From Octopus vulgaris (lineage: Eukaryota): a stretch of DNA of 64,000 nucleotides. Position numbers and translations under genes: made by a program. Below, in pieces: positions 29,771 to 44,950 of this stretch. The stretch covers positions 132,184,001 to 132,248,000 of the forward strand of contig OX597818.1 in the NCBI GenBank assembly GCA_951406725.2, in the 5' to 3' direction. Every line of letters starts with the position of its first letter. Position 1 is the first letter of the stretch. The notes beneath the pieces are model-generated. The model searched no databases. It saw only the letters and a list, made by a program, of their open reading frames with translations, and was not told the origin of the DNA.

Positions 29771-32700
29771 ACTTGTTTCCTTTTTTTTTTCTGCATCTGA
29801 TCTGCAGACAATTTTTTTCCTTTACATTGCTTGTTATTGTTGATTTGTTTTACTGATCCGATCATGAAATTGATAAATTTGCAGGTTATAGAGATGATGT
29901 ACCATCTATTTAGCCATAGTTACAGTGCACGAGGGAATTAGTATTCTTCGTAATGGTGATTAACAGGTGACAATGACGACACTGATAGCCACTATAACTA
30001 TGACATAATCATATATGAAACAGTCTTGTGAGAGTTTCTATTTTTTCGTATAAGAAAAATAAGATATTGCCAAAAGCAAAAAAAAATTCCCCAATGAAAT
30101 TATGATAATAATTTTACAAAGCCTGTGACATTACACAGTAAGACATTTTTTATTTCAAAATAGTTGCTGCTTGTTTTTGTTTTTGTTTTTGTTTTTTCTT
30201 CACTCTCCTTATTCTATCATTTTTTAATTTCCTGCACAACTTACACTTTTGGTAAATGTGAATCTGATTTCTGTTATTTTGTTTTTTAACTTTCATATTA
30301 GTTTAAGAAACATTTATTTCCTACTCTTGATGTAATCTGCCTGGCCCTATCAATCATTAAATAAAATGAAATTGGAATGGGTTGAAGAAAATTGTCCAGA
30401 TTAACATCTTTAGCATCAAGGAAATCTATTTTAATTATACTCTAAAAAGAAAGGAGATTCTGTCAGAGTTGTAGAATGAATAAATATAAAGATTCTCAAC
30501 TTAGTACGTTATGCATAAATGCAAAATAACAATGAAATTTTTCATTTATCTTGAATAAAAGTTATCTCTCAATTAAATTAAAAATTAATTTGAATTGACA
30601 AGGCATATACAATATAAATCACTTGAAAATCTATATTCATTGAGTGGTGATACAAAAGTACTTTAAATGAATTGACTTGTTAACTGTCACTCTTAACTGA
30701 AAATAAAGAAGAAAAAATATTTAGATGGTGGTACCCCAGCATAGCCAGAGGCTAATGTTTTGAACCAGTAAAAGAGTAGCTTCTCAAAAATGATTCCTTA
30801 TTGCTATAGCATCACTAGAATCAGACTTGATTAAATAGTTTGTTCTAAGAAATCCCTAACTTTCTATTCTTCTCCCTTGACTTATAGTCAATATACACTA
30901 TTGATAGAGGTTTTTAGAATAGAAACTGAATTATATAATCTCCAGTCTTAGGCAGCAATGAATAAGTAAAATAGTTTAATTCTAAATTGTTCTATTGTAA
31001 GTTAAGTTTGTTTGAAATTTTTTTCTTCTTTTAATAATGGAAATAGATTCTAAAATAATCTGAAAGGTATTGATTTACTTCCTTACTCTATCAGTCATTA
31101 CCTTAATTTATTGAATTTCCTTTTCTTTGCTTTGATTTACACAGGCTCTAGCTTGTATTTATTATGTCTAACTAACTAATAGTAGTTCTTTACTTTTTGA
31201 TTTTTGATCTATCCATTCTTAATGGATTCTCTATGTTTTTTATTTCTCTCTGGGATCAGTTTTAAGGAATGATCACATAAATTGTCATTTCATTGTAGAT
31301 ATCCCATTTACTTTGAAATCAATAATTGAGTGAACAGTGCCAAAGTTTGAAATCCGAAAGCATGGAGTTCAAATCTTGCTGGCTAATTTGCATCCTCCAC
31401 AAAAAGAAAGAAAAAAAATGGCTGAGAAGGTTAAAGCTGTTGCAGGAAGGATTTCCATTAGTCATGGAATATATGATGCTGGACTAAGAACTCTTCAGCT
31501 CCCTAGGCCTTATTACTTTATTTCCAGATTATTATATTGATAGTACACCAGTCTCTTCACATAAAAAAAAAACCACAATCATAATCATCTATTTGTAGGA
31601 CAAACGTATTTCACCCTCAATAGTATAAGCAGTGATATAACATTGATTTCTCTTTGTGCTTGTAATATGTTAAGTAATATGTCAAAGGTCACCATATATT
31701 CATTTAAGCCTAAAAATTCGGATAATTATTAACTTTTCTTGTTTTTATTTTGTAGCTTTAGTGATCATTGTTGTAAAAAAATCAGAGTATAATAGAATGG
31801 TCAGTACTGGAAAATGTTATATAAAGAGCAGAGTGAGGGAACATTTGGAATAGACTGTTTAAACAGAAATTAAAGCGGTCAGCCTTTGTACATTTGTCAT
31901 GATTTAAAAGCAAAATTGGTGGTATTCAAAGTGTGATGAGTTTTGATTCCACAACTCTTAGCCCCAATAATACCACAAAAATCATGTAGAATATTGGTAG
32001 AATTGTTGTAGAATTTCATCTTAATAACATTGAATTATTTAAAAAGTATACATAGCATTGTTATGAGAGAGATTTTCATACATGTCAAATATGAATTATA
32101 ATTCAATTCTTACCAATGCATTTCTGTTTGATTTCTCTCTTGGCTAACTAGTATTCAAGTCACTGTTTGTTACTGGACATGACACAAAATGAAGAATTAC
32201 ACTTTTTACATTTTTTCTTTCAAATTCTAATCCAGTAAACTAAAGTAGAATCTAAATTCCAGGAAAAAATTTATTTTATTTACATGAGAACAGGGGACTT
32301 GATGTGATTTATATATATATAAATAAAAAATTTTCAAAACATTTTTAGGCTGTTGTTCTCCCCTGTTCCTAGTTTAGGATGAGATCTCCGTGAATATTCC
32401 CCCAAAATATTTCAGAAACAAAAAAGCCTTTCATTCTCTTACTTTTGTGATACACACTCCATTATATTTATCTCAGGACATTCCAAATATCAAAGGACGT
32501 CTCTTCCTACCCATGAAAACATGGATTGGATCTGATTTTACTCATGTCTAGTTTTGGAGTCTGAATTTGATAGGTTATAAATGCTTACGGAGACATTATT
32601 GTGTTATATCTGCATCTAGACGTTGACCTATTTACTAATTAGTCGTATAGGAGAGTCAGTTTGTTCCCTAACATCCATTATTCTGCTATATGGGAATTAA

Positions 32701-33657
32701 ATTATCTAATGATTGTAAGTCATATTAGTTATTATTGACATTTAAGAGTTGTTCAATTGCAATCAATCCTAATGAATCCATTAGTTGATTCCTGTGGTTT
32801 GTTCTTCTACATATCATCTTGACCAAAAGAGAAGAAACTTGGTTTTGTATGGTGTGTCTTTGAAGTTCAACCTCATTGACAATTTCATTAAATGTTGCTA
32901 ACTTATTAGGTCTTTATTTTTGTCACTGACTGTTTTTATGAAAAAAATAACAAATAAATTTGCAAAAGATTTATTTCTTACTGTTGTATTTTTAGTTCCT
33001 CCTCTGCTTGTTAGTCTCAAAAACGGAATATGAATAACAAATACAAATTTGTATTTGCCTAAAATGAATTTTACTTCCATAGGAAACTGTTTACCAATGT
33101 TAAACTGATGACTTCAATGTAATCATAAAAGTAAATGGTAAACATGATGCAATTCATAAACATTTTCTATAAAGCCATAAGGAACATTTTTTGAAAAAAA
33201 ATGAATTATTTTGTAGTTTATTACCACATTTTAATTCACTCTGTGTGTGTTTTAATGTCACATTAAGCTGAGAATAACTGAGCTTAGTGCCAAAATCAAA
33301 AGACACTATACATACACACTTCCCAAAAGGTTTGTCTCATTTTCACTGATATTTTTGAAAATGTATTCTTGTTTGTCATCTTGAAGTGCATGTAACATTC
33401 CATTAGAAGTATACTTTATCTCAAATATAGAACAATTTCCAGTTACTGAATAAAGAGACCATTTAAGAAAGAAATCAGATTGACATGGCTATTTAAAAGA
33501 GTAAGGTTTATTATTTAGTTACCTTCATCACAACTAGTATCTGGATGTTAAAGACAAATTTTAAAAATTAATGACTATACTTGATTATTTGTTGATGCAA
33601 ACTTTTTTATATATATATTTATATCTATATCTCTCTCCCCTCTTTCTCTCTCTATAC

Positions 33658-33688
<31 letters not shown>

Positions 33689-33733
33689 AAAAATGAAAAG
33701 TGCTAAAGACATCATCCTGCCAACCGTCAATAC

Positions 33734-33831
33734 CTTCAGACTGTCTCTTGTGCGACAATAAGAAATACATCATAGGCGACGACAGGGGGCGGCCAATATG
33801 AAGGTTGATCCATCCACAGGTTACATTAATG
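33734..33831 (-). other. Candidate 98-nt exon or conserved GC-rich island
   Basis: A long U-rich tract ends ttttgcaaatAG on the minus strand, with possible donor AAG|GTattg. Open only in phase 2 (INVTCGWINLHIGRPLSSPMMYFLLSHKRQSE). Confidence 0.25.
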
Positions 33832-34806
33832 CTATTTGCAAAATAAAATTTCAAAAAATAAATAAAAATAAAATAAAAATAAAAATTATCAAAAAAAAAA
33901 GATTAAAAATTTGGAAACCATATGGAAAACGTGACCATGGGAATTAATATTTTTGTATTGAAATGATTGCTTATGCTTTATTACTAGTTATACCTGTCAG
34001 ACCAATGTTTGTTAGACCTGATATTATAATAATAATAGCAAGTGCTTCCATGAGAAATACATCAAAAAGGAGATAAATTTTACCAATTGGTGCTATGAAT
34101 TATTCCAAGACATTTCCTATATTGCTGACAGCAGTATTTGAAATACTGATAATCGCTAACAATCCCAGATATTCCTTCCTTATCCTCTACCGGCCGCTGT
34201 CCATCAAAGGAGAAACTGGTGCTATTCTCTTATGATACAGCTGAGGATTTTTACTTTCCTTTTTACATTAACATTAATATCAACTCTTACACACACACAC
34301 ATACGCATGTACATATATATGAACACCTACCTACACCCCAAACAGAGAGACACATGGATACACACGCACATGCAACAATTTTCATTATGAAACATAGCTG
34401 CATCAGGTTTATAAGTGCTTGAGCTGTCCTGATCATATACAAATATAAATTGTGACACATTGTTAAATGTTACTCTATACTTGCAAATTCAACTTAAACA
34501 AACACAGAGTAAAATACTTAGTATCTCCATGTATCTACTTTTCTTATCATAATTGTCTTCACTGTTGGCCCTACTTATTTGCTCTTGATATTATTTTCCA
34601 TTTGATATTTTTCCTATTTCCTTTCATTGATTACCATTATAATTTAATATAGAATGCTTGCATGAAAATGTAAAGCAGACAATAAATACATAATTTACAT
34701 ACACACACACAATATATACATATATATCACTCGGCAGTTGCCCGTTGCCCTTATAATTTTATAATTATATTTCTAAAATTAAATACTGTGTATATATATA
34801 TATATA

Positions 34807-34856
<50 letters not shown>

Positions 34857-36339
34857 ACAATAGCAAGCTCTGTCATATCCTTCTAAATAATCCCTTATTT
34901 AAAGATAAAAATGAAGTAACACTAAACACCCATTACAAATCTTATCTTGGATGTGTTTTTCATTTATTCACATTAAGATACCTGTAATAAGTGATACTAA
35001 ACAATTATTTGTGATTCTGATTCATTATTTACTATGGATATCAAATAGATCTCATGATCTCGAGTAGTGGCCAGTTATATGGATTCTTTTTCTTAAATGG
35101 TTGCAAACTGTCAATCATTTAACAGAATCTGTTGAATTTTGTCTGTCTCTATTTTTGAGAGATGATAATATTCTTATTACTGATATCAAGTGCTTTGCTG
35201 TGGTGGTTTTGTTATAAACAGACAATTTATTATAAGAAAAGTTTAGCTTCTCTACATGATCAAAGACACAGTTCTCACTAAACATACAACTTCCTTTGTG
35301 TTGAGGCTGTGCTTACATTATTTAAATTCTGTTGAGCCGGCTAACTTAACATACATCAAACAATATATCATTGACAAAAATTAAAAGTATAACAGCATTT
35401 TGTCCATACAGTAGTTCTTTCTTTATTACATATTCTCTAATGTGTGTGTGCGTATGTGTTAATACATACATACATATCTATATTTGCTTTATATAAATCA
35501 ACTTTAAAGTATATATGTATAAATACACATACAATTTCATATATATGTGTTTGTGTGTGCATGTATACATATATATCTATGTTTACATATATATATATAT
35601 ATGTTTGCATACATATATATATATATATACATATGTGTGTATGTATACATACATATATGTATGTAAACATACATATATGTATGTTTACATACATATGAAT
35701 GTACATATATATATATGTATGTATGTGTGTATGTATAGCACACATTAACTGGGTTGTTTTCGTGAATCTTGGAAATGAAGCATTAATCTATTATCCTTTT
35801 CCAAAATGAAGGAAAAAATTTGTAAAAGGATTAAAAAAAAAAACATTTGAGATCTCCGTCCGTAGCTGAATATGTATGTGTGTGTATATCAGCATTGATA
35901 ACATTAACCAAAAAATATAAACACTGAATTTGTAAACAGACACTTCCCCCCTTGCGTATTTAAGTAAATGAGTACAACGCTTCAAAATGGGTGGACAACC
36001 AATTAATATTATACAGAAAATGAAATATGTATATTCAGTCTGTGTCTTGAAAATGTTTTTACTTTTTTTTGTCTTTATTCTGTTCTTATGAAATAATTTA
36101 CAGATGAAATCTTAAAAGATATCAAAGTTTATTGAGAATTAAAAAAAAAAAAAAACATGAATGAAAATCATGTTTAACATATTTCAATAATGTAACAAAT
36201 CCAAACTTATATCAAACTAAAACGATCATTATTTAGTTAACCCAAAGAAAAGAAGAAAAAATGTCTTTGCATTTAACCGTTATGAGAAAATGGGGAAAAT
36301 CTTAGATGATTAATGATCAAAATATTAGTTTATCACATA

Positions 36340-36378
<39 letters not shown>

Positions 36379-38850
36379 GCAAACACACATGCACACACAT
36401 ACAAACATATATTAATGCATACACATTTGTATATATAAATATGATTAAGTGCTCGTTTCAAAAAAAGGTGATTCTGTGAACTTTTTCTCTGTTGTAAATT
36501 TCACAATATATTACTCCACATTTCTTCATTCACCTCCTCCTCCTCCCCCACTACATAATATATAAACCGTTTTAAAGAATAACTTTCATATTTAAAAACT
36601 TTGTTCTTTTTAATTTAATTTTTATTTTATTCATTAACATATCATCATTACCATTATTATTATTATTATTTCTTTTTTAGTTTTTATTTATTTCTCTTTT
36701 TCTTATGATTATTTTGGCACATTGTGAATTTTGCTGTTAAATTTAATTCCAAATGGGATTTGGTTCTAAATAAAAAATTATAAAATGGGCACTTTATTAT
36801 TTTACAATTCTCTATGTTTGTAAGTGTGCTTTTATAACTTCTATTTACATATGAGTACTTGTGTGTGATTGGCTATATGTATGTTAGTTTCATATGTTTG
36901 AGTGTATGTAAGTATAAGCCTGTGTTTTGTGTTGGCATATTTATATTAATATATACCAGTTTATTTCAATGTGTTTAGGGATACATATCTGAGTAAGCAC
37001 AATTATGTATATATTATTGCTACTATTACTGTTATCATGCTGGAGTGAGAAATCTGGGAAGTCTTTTCATGTTAACTACTGTCTATGGTAACTATTTTCA
37101 ATAGAAAATTTCCTAACTAATCTATCTCTTTATTTGTTATGAAACATTAAATTAGTTCACAAACATAAATGTTTAAAGTTCCTTTACTGTATCACAATTT
37201 AATAAAATATTATTATCACTGCTACAAATGTAATGATAATAAAAACGATAATAATCATTATCATTATTTTTTGAGAGATAGAGACACAATGGTTGGATAG
37301 ATAGAGTACTGAAATACCTGAGCTTTTGCCATTCATATTCTACTGCATGTATTGTGTTGTGTTCTTGGGCAAGACACTTAACTCTACTTGCCTAACTTTT
37401 TATCAATATAAAGAAATAATACGAATGCCGATTATAGTTATTATTGCGGTAATTTATTATTACTGTTGTTATTATTCACAACATCTTAAGCTTATTTTAA
37501 AGAATGATTGAAAAAAAATTAAATAAAACAACAAACTAATTTTCTTTCTGGTGCTCATTCTTTAGCAGCTCTGTGGTGTTCTATTTGTTGGTAATTTTAT
37601 TATTACTAGTTCATGCAGTGACTCCACTGCACTGTGGCTGTAGTTAACATGGGTTGTGGATACTTACTGACCCACTGAAGAACTCAACAACTTAATTGCT
37701 AACTTTAGGAATTTGGAAGCATTGCATTTATAACATTTTTGCCTTGAAAATTCCTGAATATAGCACTGATTTCTCTCTCTCTCTGTCCATCACCATGGTA
37801 ATAATGGAATTTCCAAAAATGGTTAATGTAAGCATAGATATTTTGCATATAAGTACATAAACAAGTAAAAAGGAAATTGTATTAATAAAGTATCCCTTTT
37901 CTTCATCTATAGTCTGTCCAGACTATAAATAATAATAATTATTAGTATCATTAGATTAATGGGCATTAAAATGCTATCATAATTAGTTTTCATTATCATG
38001 GATACTTTTCTTCATCAATTCTCTTGTGTGCTTCAGTGGTATATGGCTTGTATGGTTTTAGACACCATATAGTTTTGAGAATTCATAATTCCTTAAGTGT
38101 GTGTGTGTATGTATATATATATATGTGGATGTATGTGTATACAAATGGATATGTATAAATATATATATATGTATGTATAGATATATATTTACCTATATAT
38201 ATGTGTGTGTGTGTATGCGTATAAAGACGTATATACATATACATACATATAAGAGACTGTATGTGCATATGGTGTTTAAAACAGTTGTATATCTGGTTGT
38301 GTTTGAGTGAGTGATTCAACTGTTGAAAGTGAAGCAACAAAGCCAGGAAAAAAAATATATATTAAGTTATCAATCCTAGGAACAATTTATTAAAAGATAG
38401 CTATTTTTCTTCCTCTTTCTCTTCCCATTCATTATATTTCTTTTATTTGGAATAGAATATTAGGAGCATGATATTTTCCTAAATTGTGTTCCTAAAATAT
38501 TTCATTAGATTTTTCTACTAAACAACCAATTCCAGTTTAATTTCTGGTCTTTCCCTGTCCATTTTGCATGTACATATAAATATGCTTATGTACTGGTGAT
38601 AGATTGTGAGTATATGTATAGATATATATGTATAGTTCTATGTATACGTATATGTATGTGTGTATGTGAATACATGTATGAATATATATATACGCATATA
38701 TATGTATATACATATGTATATGTATACATATATGTATGAATATATATATATATTTGTATGTATATATATGTATAAATATTTGTATGTGTACATAAGTTTA
38801 AATATATATATATATATAAATGTATATATAAATATATATATTTCTATGTG

Positions 38851-38926
<76 letters not shown>

Positions 38927-38931
38927 TATAT

Positions 38932-38977
<46 letters not shown>

Positions 38978-39503
38978 GTATGTATATTTCTTTCTACATC
39001 TATACCTTTGTGTGTATGTGTTATTATATGTATGTCTGTGTTTACCAATCCATGTAAAAGTGCTTATAAAATATGTGTCTCTATACATATGTGTATGTGT
39101 AATTAGACATATGTTGTTTTAAATATCTTGTTCGTTCTGAGTTGACCCATTATTTCTTTTTTTACTTCAATGAAGTATCAAAGAAATTTCTTTTATTTCT
39201 GTAATTATTGTTTTTTTTAAAAACTTCTCATGCAATATATATATATATCATATATATATATACATACACATATATATATACACATCATATATATATATAT
39301 ATATATATAATATATGTATGTATATATATTTGTATATACACACATATATATGTATATACACATCATATATATATATGTATATACACACATATATATATAT
39401 GTATATACATATCATATATATGTACATATCATATGTGTATAGTATGTGTATATATATTCATATGCATATATACATACATACATACATACATACATACATA
39501 CAC

Positions 39504-39534
<31 letters not shown>

Positions 39535-40171
39535 TATAGTTTTCCAAGTTTTAGTTTAACTCATTAGAGTATCTATTCTTATCTTTTCAGTGTTATATTT
39601 CAAAATCTTTCTAAAGTATTAGTCCAATATTTTGTAATTTTTAAAAAATTCGTTCATTGTAATTTGTTATTTTTTTCATTTATGTCAACATTTCCTTACA
39701 TAAGCCTTTAAAAAAAATTACATTTGTTCATTCAGTTGTTTTTATTTGTTGTTGTTCATTTTTTTAACTTTATTTATTTTGGCACTTTTTAAAGATATAA
39801 AAGAGGTCACTGTTTTTTAGAACTCAGTGCCTCAGCATGACCTGAACCAAAATGGATTCAAATTAAACTAAAGAATTAAAGAATGATGCCCAATGTTTTT
39901 GTTATATTTTAAAAAGGAATTGTTTCTTTAGTTCTCATATGAATATAGAAAAGTAAAAAAAACATTGTACATTTAAAATCTAAAATTATATTTCAACCCA
40001 AATTATCCTTTTTTTTAAAAATTTTTTTTACACCTTTTCTGTCTTTCTGTTAAAATTTAGCAAAACCAAACCAAAAATCAGTAAGTTTCCATTAATGTAT
40101 TTAGTTATTATTTACTATCCTTCAGTAATATATATACATACACAAACACACATACTCATATGCACACACAA

Positions 40172-40202
<31 letters not shown>

Positions 40203-40860
40203 CATTCTTCACCTACAAGAGAAGTTTTCTATTTATTTAAATGCATTTTATGTCTTTTAATTTTCATTTTCTTATATGTTTGTCCAAGTAACTATTTATA
40301 AATTATAGTCATAAACAAGTTATGTATTCCTTCATATCAAACTGGCACTCATTTGATTCTCAGTTCTACCTGTCATTGTTGTTTAGTAATTTTTTTGTTT
40401 TGTTTTTATTGATTTGTAATTTTTTTCTCATTTTCAATTTTCATTTTTGCAAATCATTCCAATTTTTTTTTTTTTTTTTTTTACTCATTTTGTATTATTC
40501 TTTTAAAAGCTTTCTGTTACTTTATGCCTTATGCTAATCTCCAAAATTATATTTAGTCTGTACTGAACTGTTTAGTAACTACAGTTGTATGCAATTTCCA
40601 ATTCAGCAGATACTTTACAATTGTTATGGGGTGGGATTTTTTTTTTTTTTTTTTTTTTTAATAAATCACTATTTAATTTACATGCAATTAGTTCCCCCTG
40701 AAAAATATGGCTTCAGTAAAACTATAATAAAAAAAAAATATAGAAAATGAAAGACTGAGAACAATTTTTCTGGCAAACAGGTCAAACTTTATTAGTCTTA
40801 GTTATAAAACTATGTTCTTACAGCTTATGCCTGCTCTATTACTTCCGGCAAAAAAAACTC

Positions 40861-40915
<55 letters not shown>

Positions 40916-42066
40916 TTCACTGTCACATCACCAAAAACTGAATCTTTGAATTCACATGTGATACATTCCAGGCAATAACATATATTAAATACTTGTAGGT
41001 TTGTCATTTAACTGTATCAAGACCTTATAGAATACAACATAATCATTTTTCTCAAATCACGGTTTTGTTGTTGTTTTTTTTTTTCTTATTTATTTTTTTC
41101 CCTCTCTTTTTGTTAGAATGTGAAAGAAGCATGTAAGAAGTATAAGCATGTAAGAAGTATCATTCAACTCTGTAAGACATAAAAAGAAAACTTTTGCTAT
41201 GTTTAGGAAGCTTTGGTTTATATAACTAAGCATTTTCTACTTATATGGTTCAGGAAGTTATTGGTCTGAATATCAAATCTAATATGAACTTGAAAAAGAC
41301 TGCCATTGTTTTCTTCTTTAAATGAAATAGTGAAAGCTGTAAAAATTTATAATGGTTATGAGGATACTGATGATAATGATTTTCTTTCAATACTTAAAAT
41401 CTGTTTTTATTCTTTAAAATGTTGTTTAAGACTAATATTTTGATTACACATTGGGTAAAACTGGTTTACTAGGGTCTCATCTAGGTTATTTGTCCTAAAT
41501 TAGTTAAGTATTATTTCCTGTCTGATCCAAATTGTAATTTCAATCATTCTTCTTGTGTCAGTACACCAGCTTGGCTTCAGCTATGATAGCTGAAATAAAC
41601 TAATGAACTATTGAAAAATGCTATACTTATTATCATTAAACAACTGTCATCTGATTGCACATATTTAATAAACATTCGTGTTTATAGTAACAGATTTGTT
41701 TATATCGTAAAATGTGTTTTATTGACATTTTGATAATAATAATAATAATGATAATAATATGCTTAAGAATGATGTAAATGTTACAGTCTTATTCCATTAC
41801 TCTACAAAAGGACTTTTCTTCAGATACTATACATCATCATTTTGGTTTTCTCCTACCTGTATTGATTAGCCATATTCTTAATAGCTATGGCAGTGCCAAA
41901 TATTGATATACAAACTAAGTTGGTTATTACATTTTCTATACTCCCAACCGATATTGTATTTTATTAAAGCATCCTGTCTTAAACTTTAAGTGTATTCATT
42001 GAGTAATTTGTCAGACAAACAATTATAATTAAATGTTCATACTTACACACACGTATATACCCCCTA

Positions 42067-42168
<102 letters not shown>

Positions 42169-43033
42169 GTATTCTGATATTTTATGCCTGTGTACACAAA
42201 ATATATTCAATGTACTCATCTGTTTCTTTTGCTCCTAAAAATTGCCCAAAAATTATTTCTCGGAACTACAAATCCCATTTATATTTTTTATTTATTTCAA
42301 TTAAATTTGTATATTACTATTCCTCCAATCAAAAAATGAATAGACAGAAAACACTAACATTATCATGAAGAGATTAAAGAAATCTCTCTGCTCATCACCA
42401 ACCAATACGAAAGACAGAAGCAAACTTGCAACAAGATAAACAAAATCAATTCCTGCATTTAAATTTTCTAACACCCACAACAATATGTTCAAAAAAATTA
42501 TTCACTTGTTTCAACCAAACATCCAGTATTTATGTATTCAAATGCATATTTTCACTTGTGTGTTGGGGATCCAGTACAAGTTTGATACTTTAATGACTGA
42601 GCTAATAAAGATTAAAAAGAAAAAAAAGAGGGACCCACCCATCCCCCCAAAACAAAATGAGAAAAATGAAAGCTTATAATCAAAAGGAAACTCTTCCTCC
42701 TGGGACCAGTATCTCAAACCCTCTAGTATTTGCCTCACACATCTAGAACATGTGTCTATGTAACTGTGAAGTGCTCTAATGTCAGTACTATCTTTGCAAT
42801 CTGGAGTTTGGCTGATATCTCTAGCATAGCCATGTAGAATTTAAAAAAAAAAATAAGAAGCAAAAATCCCCAAAACTTAATTTCAGTATATATCATTTAT
42901 TTCTTAAAACAGATACTAAATTGCATTTTTTAAAAATATATCATCATTATCATTCTCATCATCCTCATCCTCATCATTATTCTCATCATACCCCCACCCC
43001 ATCTGTTGCTTTGTGGTAAATAAAACAAATTAC

Positions 43034-43085
<52 letters not shown>

Positions 43086-44205
43086 GTTATTATTACTAAG
43101 AAGAAGAAGAAACATTAAGTGGCGGGCACCATAGAGCAAGATATAACTTTTCTTCACTTATATTAGCAAATAAAAATGGACTTGAAAAACATTTGAATGT
43201 TTCAAAATCTCATTCATTCTCCAACCATTTATATATTCCTGGCCTTGGGGCCAAAACTAAGACAATAAATAGTATTATCATTATTTCAAATTTACTTTCA
43301 ATCTGTTGATTTTGGTATTTGCAAATTTTTCTCTTTTTTTTTTTTTAATGTTTTAGTTCTCTCTTAATTTTTGTTTATTTTTTTATTTCTAACCAATTCT
43401 TGTCTCCACTAAACATTGCTGTGTGTATGTAAGCGTGTTTGTGCATGTATTAACTACATGTACTTTTTATGTTATTTTTTTTTGTCTTTATCTTTCCTTT
43501 TTTTTTTGTCAAACTGTTGGTTCCATTGCCACTTGTTAGTAACCATTGTTACCTTTATTTTACCTGTTAGTGTATTGATTTATTGTGTTTTGGTTTTCTA
43601 CCTCATTTCACTGTCTTTCTCCCTATCTAACTATCCCCTTCCCCCCTCTTTATATCCCTCATTGTCTCTCTATATATGTATGCTTGGTTTTCTCCCAATT
43701 TTTATTTATTTATTCTTCTGTTCACTTCACTGGAACTATTTGGTTTGTGTATATTTACCTTCGGTTTAATTTAACTATTTATATTTATATTTATATACAT
43801 ACACACTCACACACACATATCCACACACACAAACATATATAAAATTGTTTTGTTTTATATTTTTCAATTTTTCACATCAATCTCATTGTTTTTATTTATT
43901 TTTTACTTAATTTCCTTCCTGCCAAGCTGTGGCAGTGTGCAAGAAGCGATGTACATATCGTTTTTACGACCTTGCAGCTTTTCCCATTGGTCTCGTGGTC
44001 GGTAGGTCAGCTTCGTGTGGGTATGTTAGTCCAGTTTATCTACTGATAAACAGGATGTATTGTCACATCTGATATGTGTATTAGCTAGAAAATAAAAAAA
44101 AAATTATACAATCCAAATCAAATTTTTTGTGTTTATTTACTTGATTCTTCTCTTCACATTTCCTTATAGAAGTTTCCTATTATATTTATTTAGTAAAAGA
44201 ATACA

Positions 44206-44234
<29 letters not shown>

Positions 44235-44239
<5 letters not shown>

Positions 44240-44475
44240 AAAATTATAAGTATATGAAAGAATGGAGTTGAACGACTAGTTAACAAATATCCTTTATTCT
44301 CGTCTTTCATATACTTATAATTTTAAAATAAACATGCAAATTTCCGCACGAAGACACATAGTCTATGCCCTAGGGACGTAGCTTCAACCGTGTTCTTTCT
44401 GATGTGAATTTGCTACCCAGGTATCGGTTATCTTTCGAATTATCCTTAATAAGATAATTCATTCGATTACTCAAA
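44235..44475. mobile_element. Fold-back repeat element, same family as 59006-59330
   Basis: Perfect 27-bp inverted repeat at 44235-44261 and 44303-44329; shared body; flanked by (TA)n. Confidence 0.7.
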
Positions 44476-44815
44476 TATATATATATATATATATATGAAG
44501 TACAAACAGAATGTAGATTTGTTCAAATTATGCTGTGCACGTTTTGATAGCATGAGTGATCATTTGTTGTTCACAATGTTGTTCATAATTGTAGATTATA
44601 TTACATGAATTACTTTATTTGAATTATACAACCACACTTTTCATGAGGCATTTTAAATAGTCACTAGTTTAAAGTGTTACTGAGTTAATCACTACAATCA
44701 CTGAGATTCCCACTAATTGATACATACGTACACACACACACACACATAATATGCAGTATTGCATAAAGTATTAACATTCTCTCTGGTCATATATATATAT
44801 ATACATACATGTATG

Positions 44816-44904
<89 letters not shown>

Positions 44905-44909
44905 ATATA

Positions 44910-44945
<36 letters not shown>

Positions 44946-44950
<5 letters not shown>

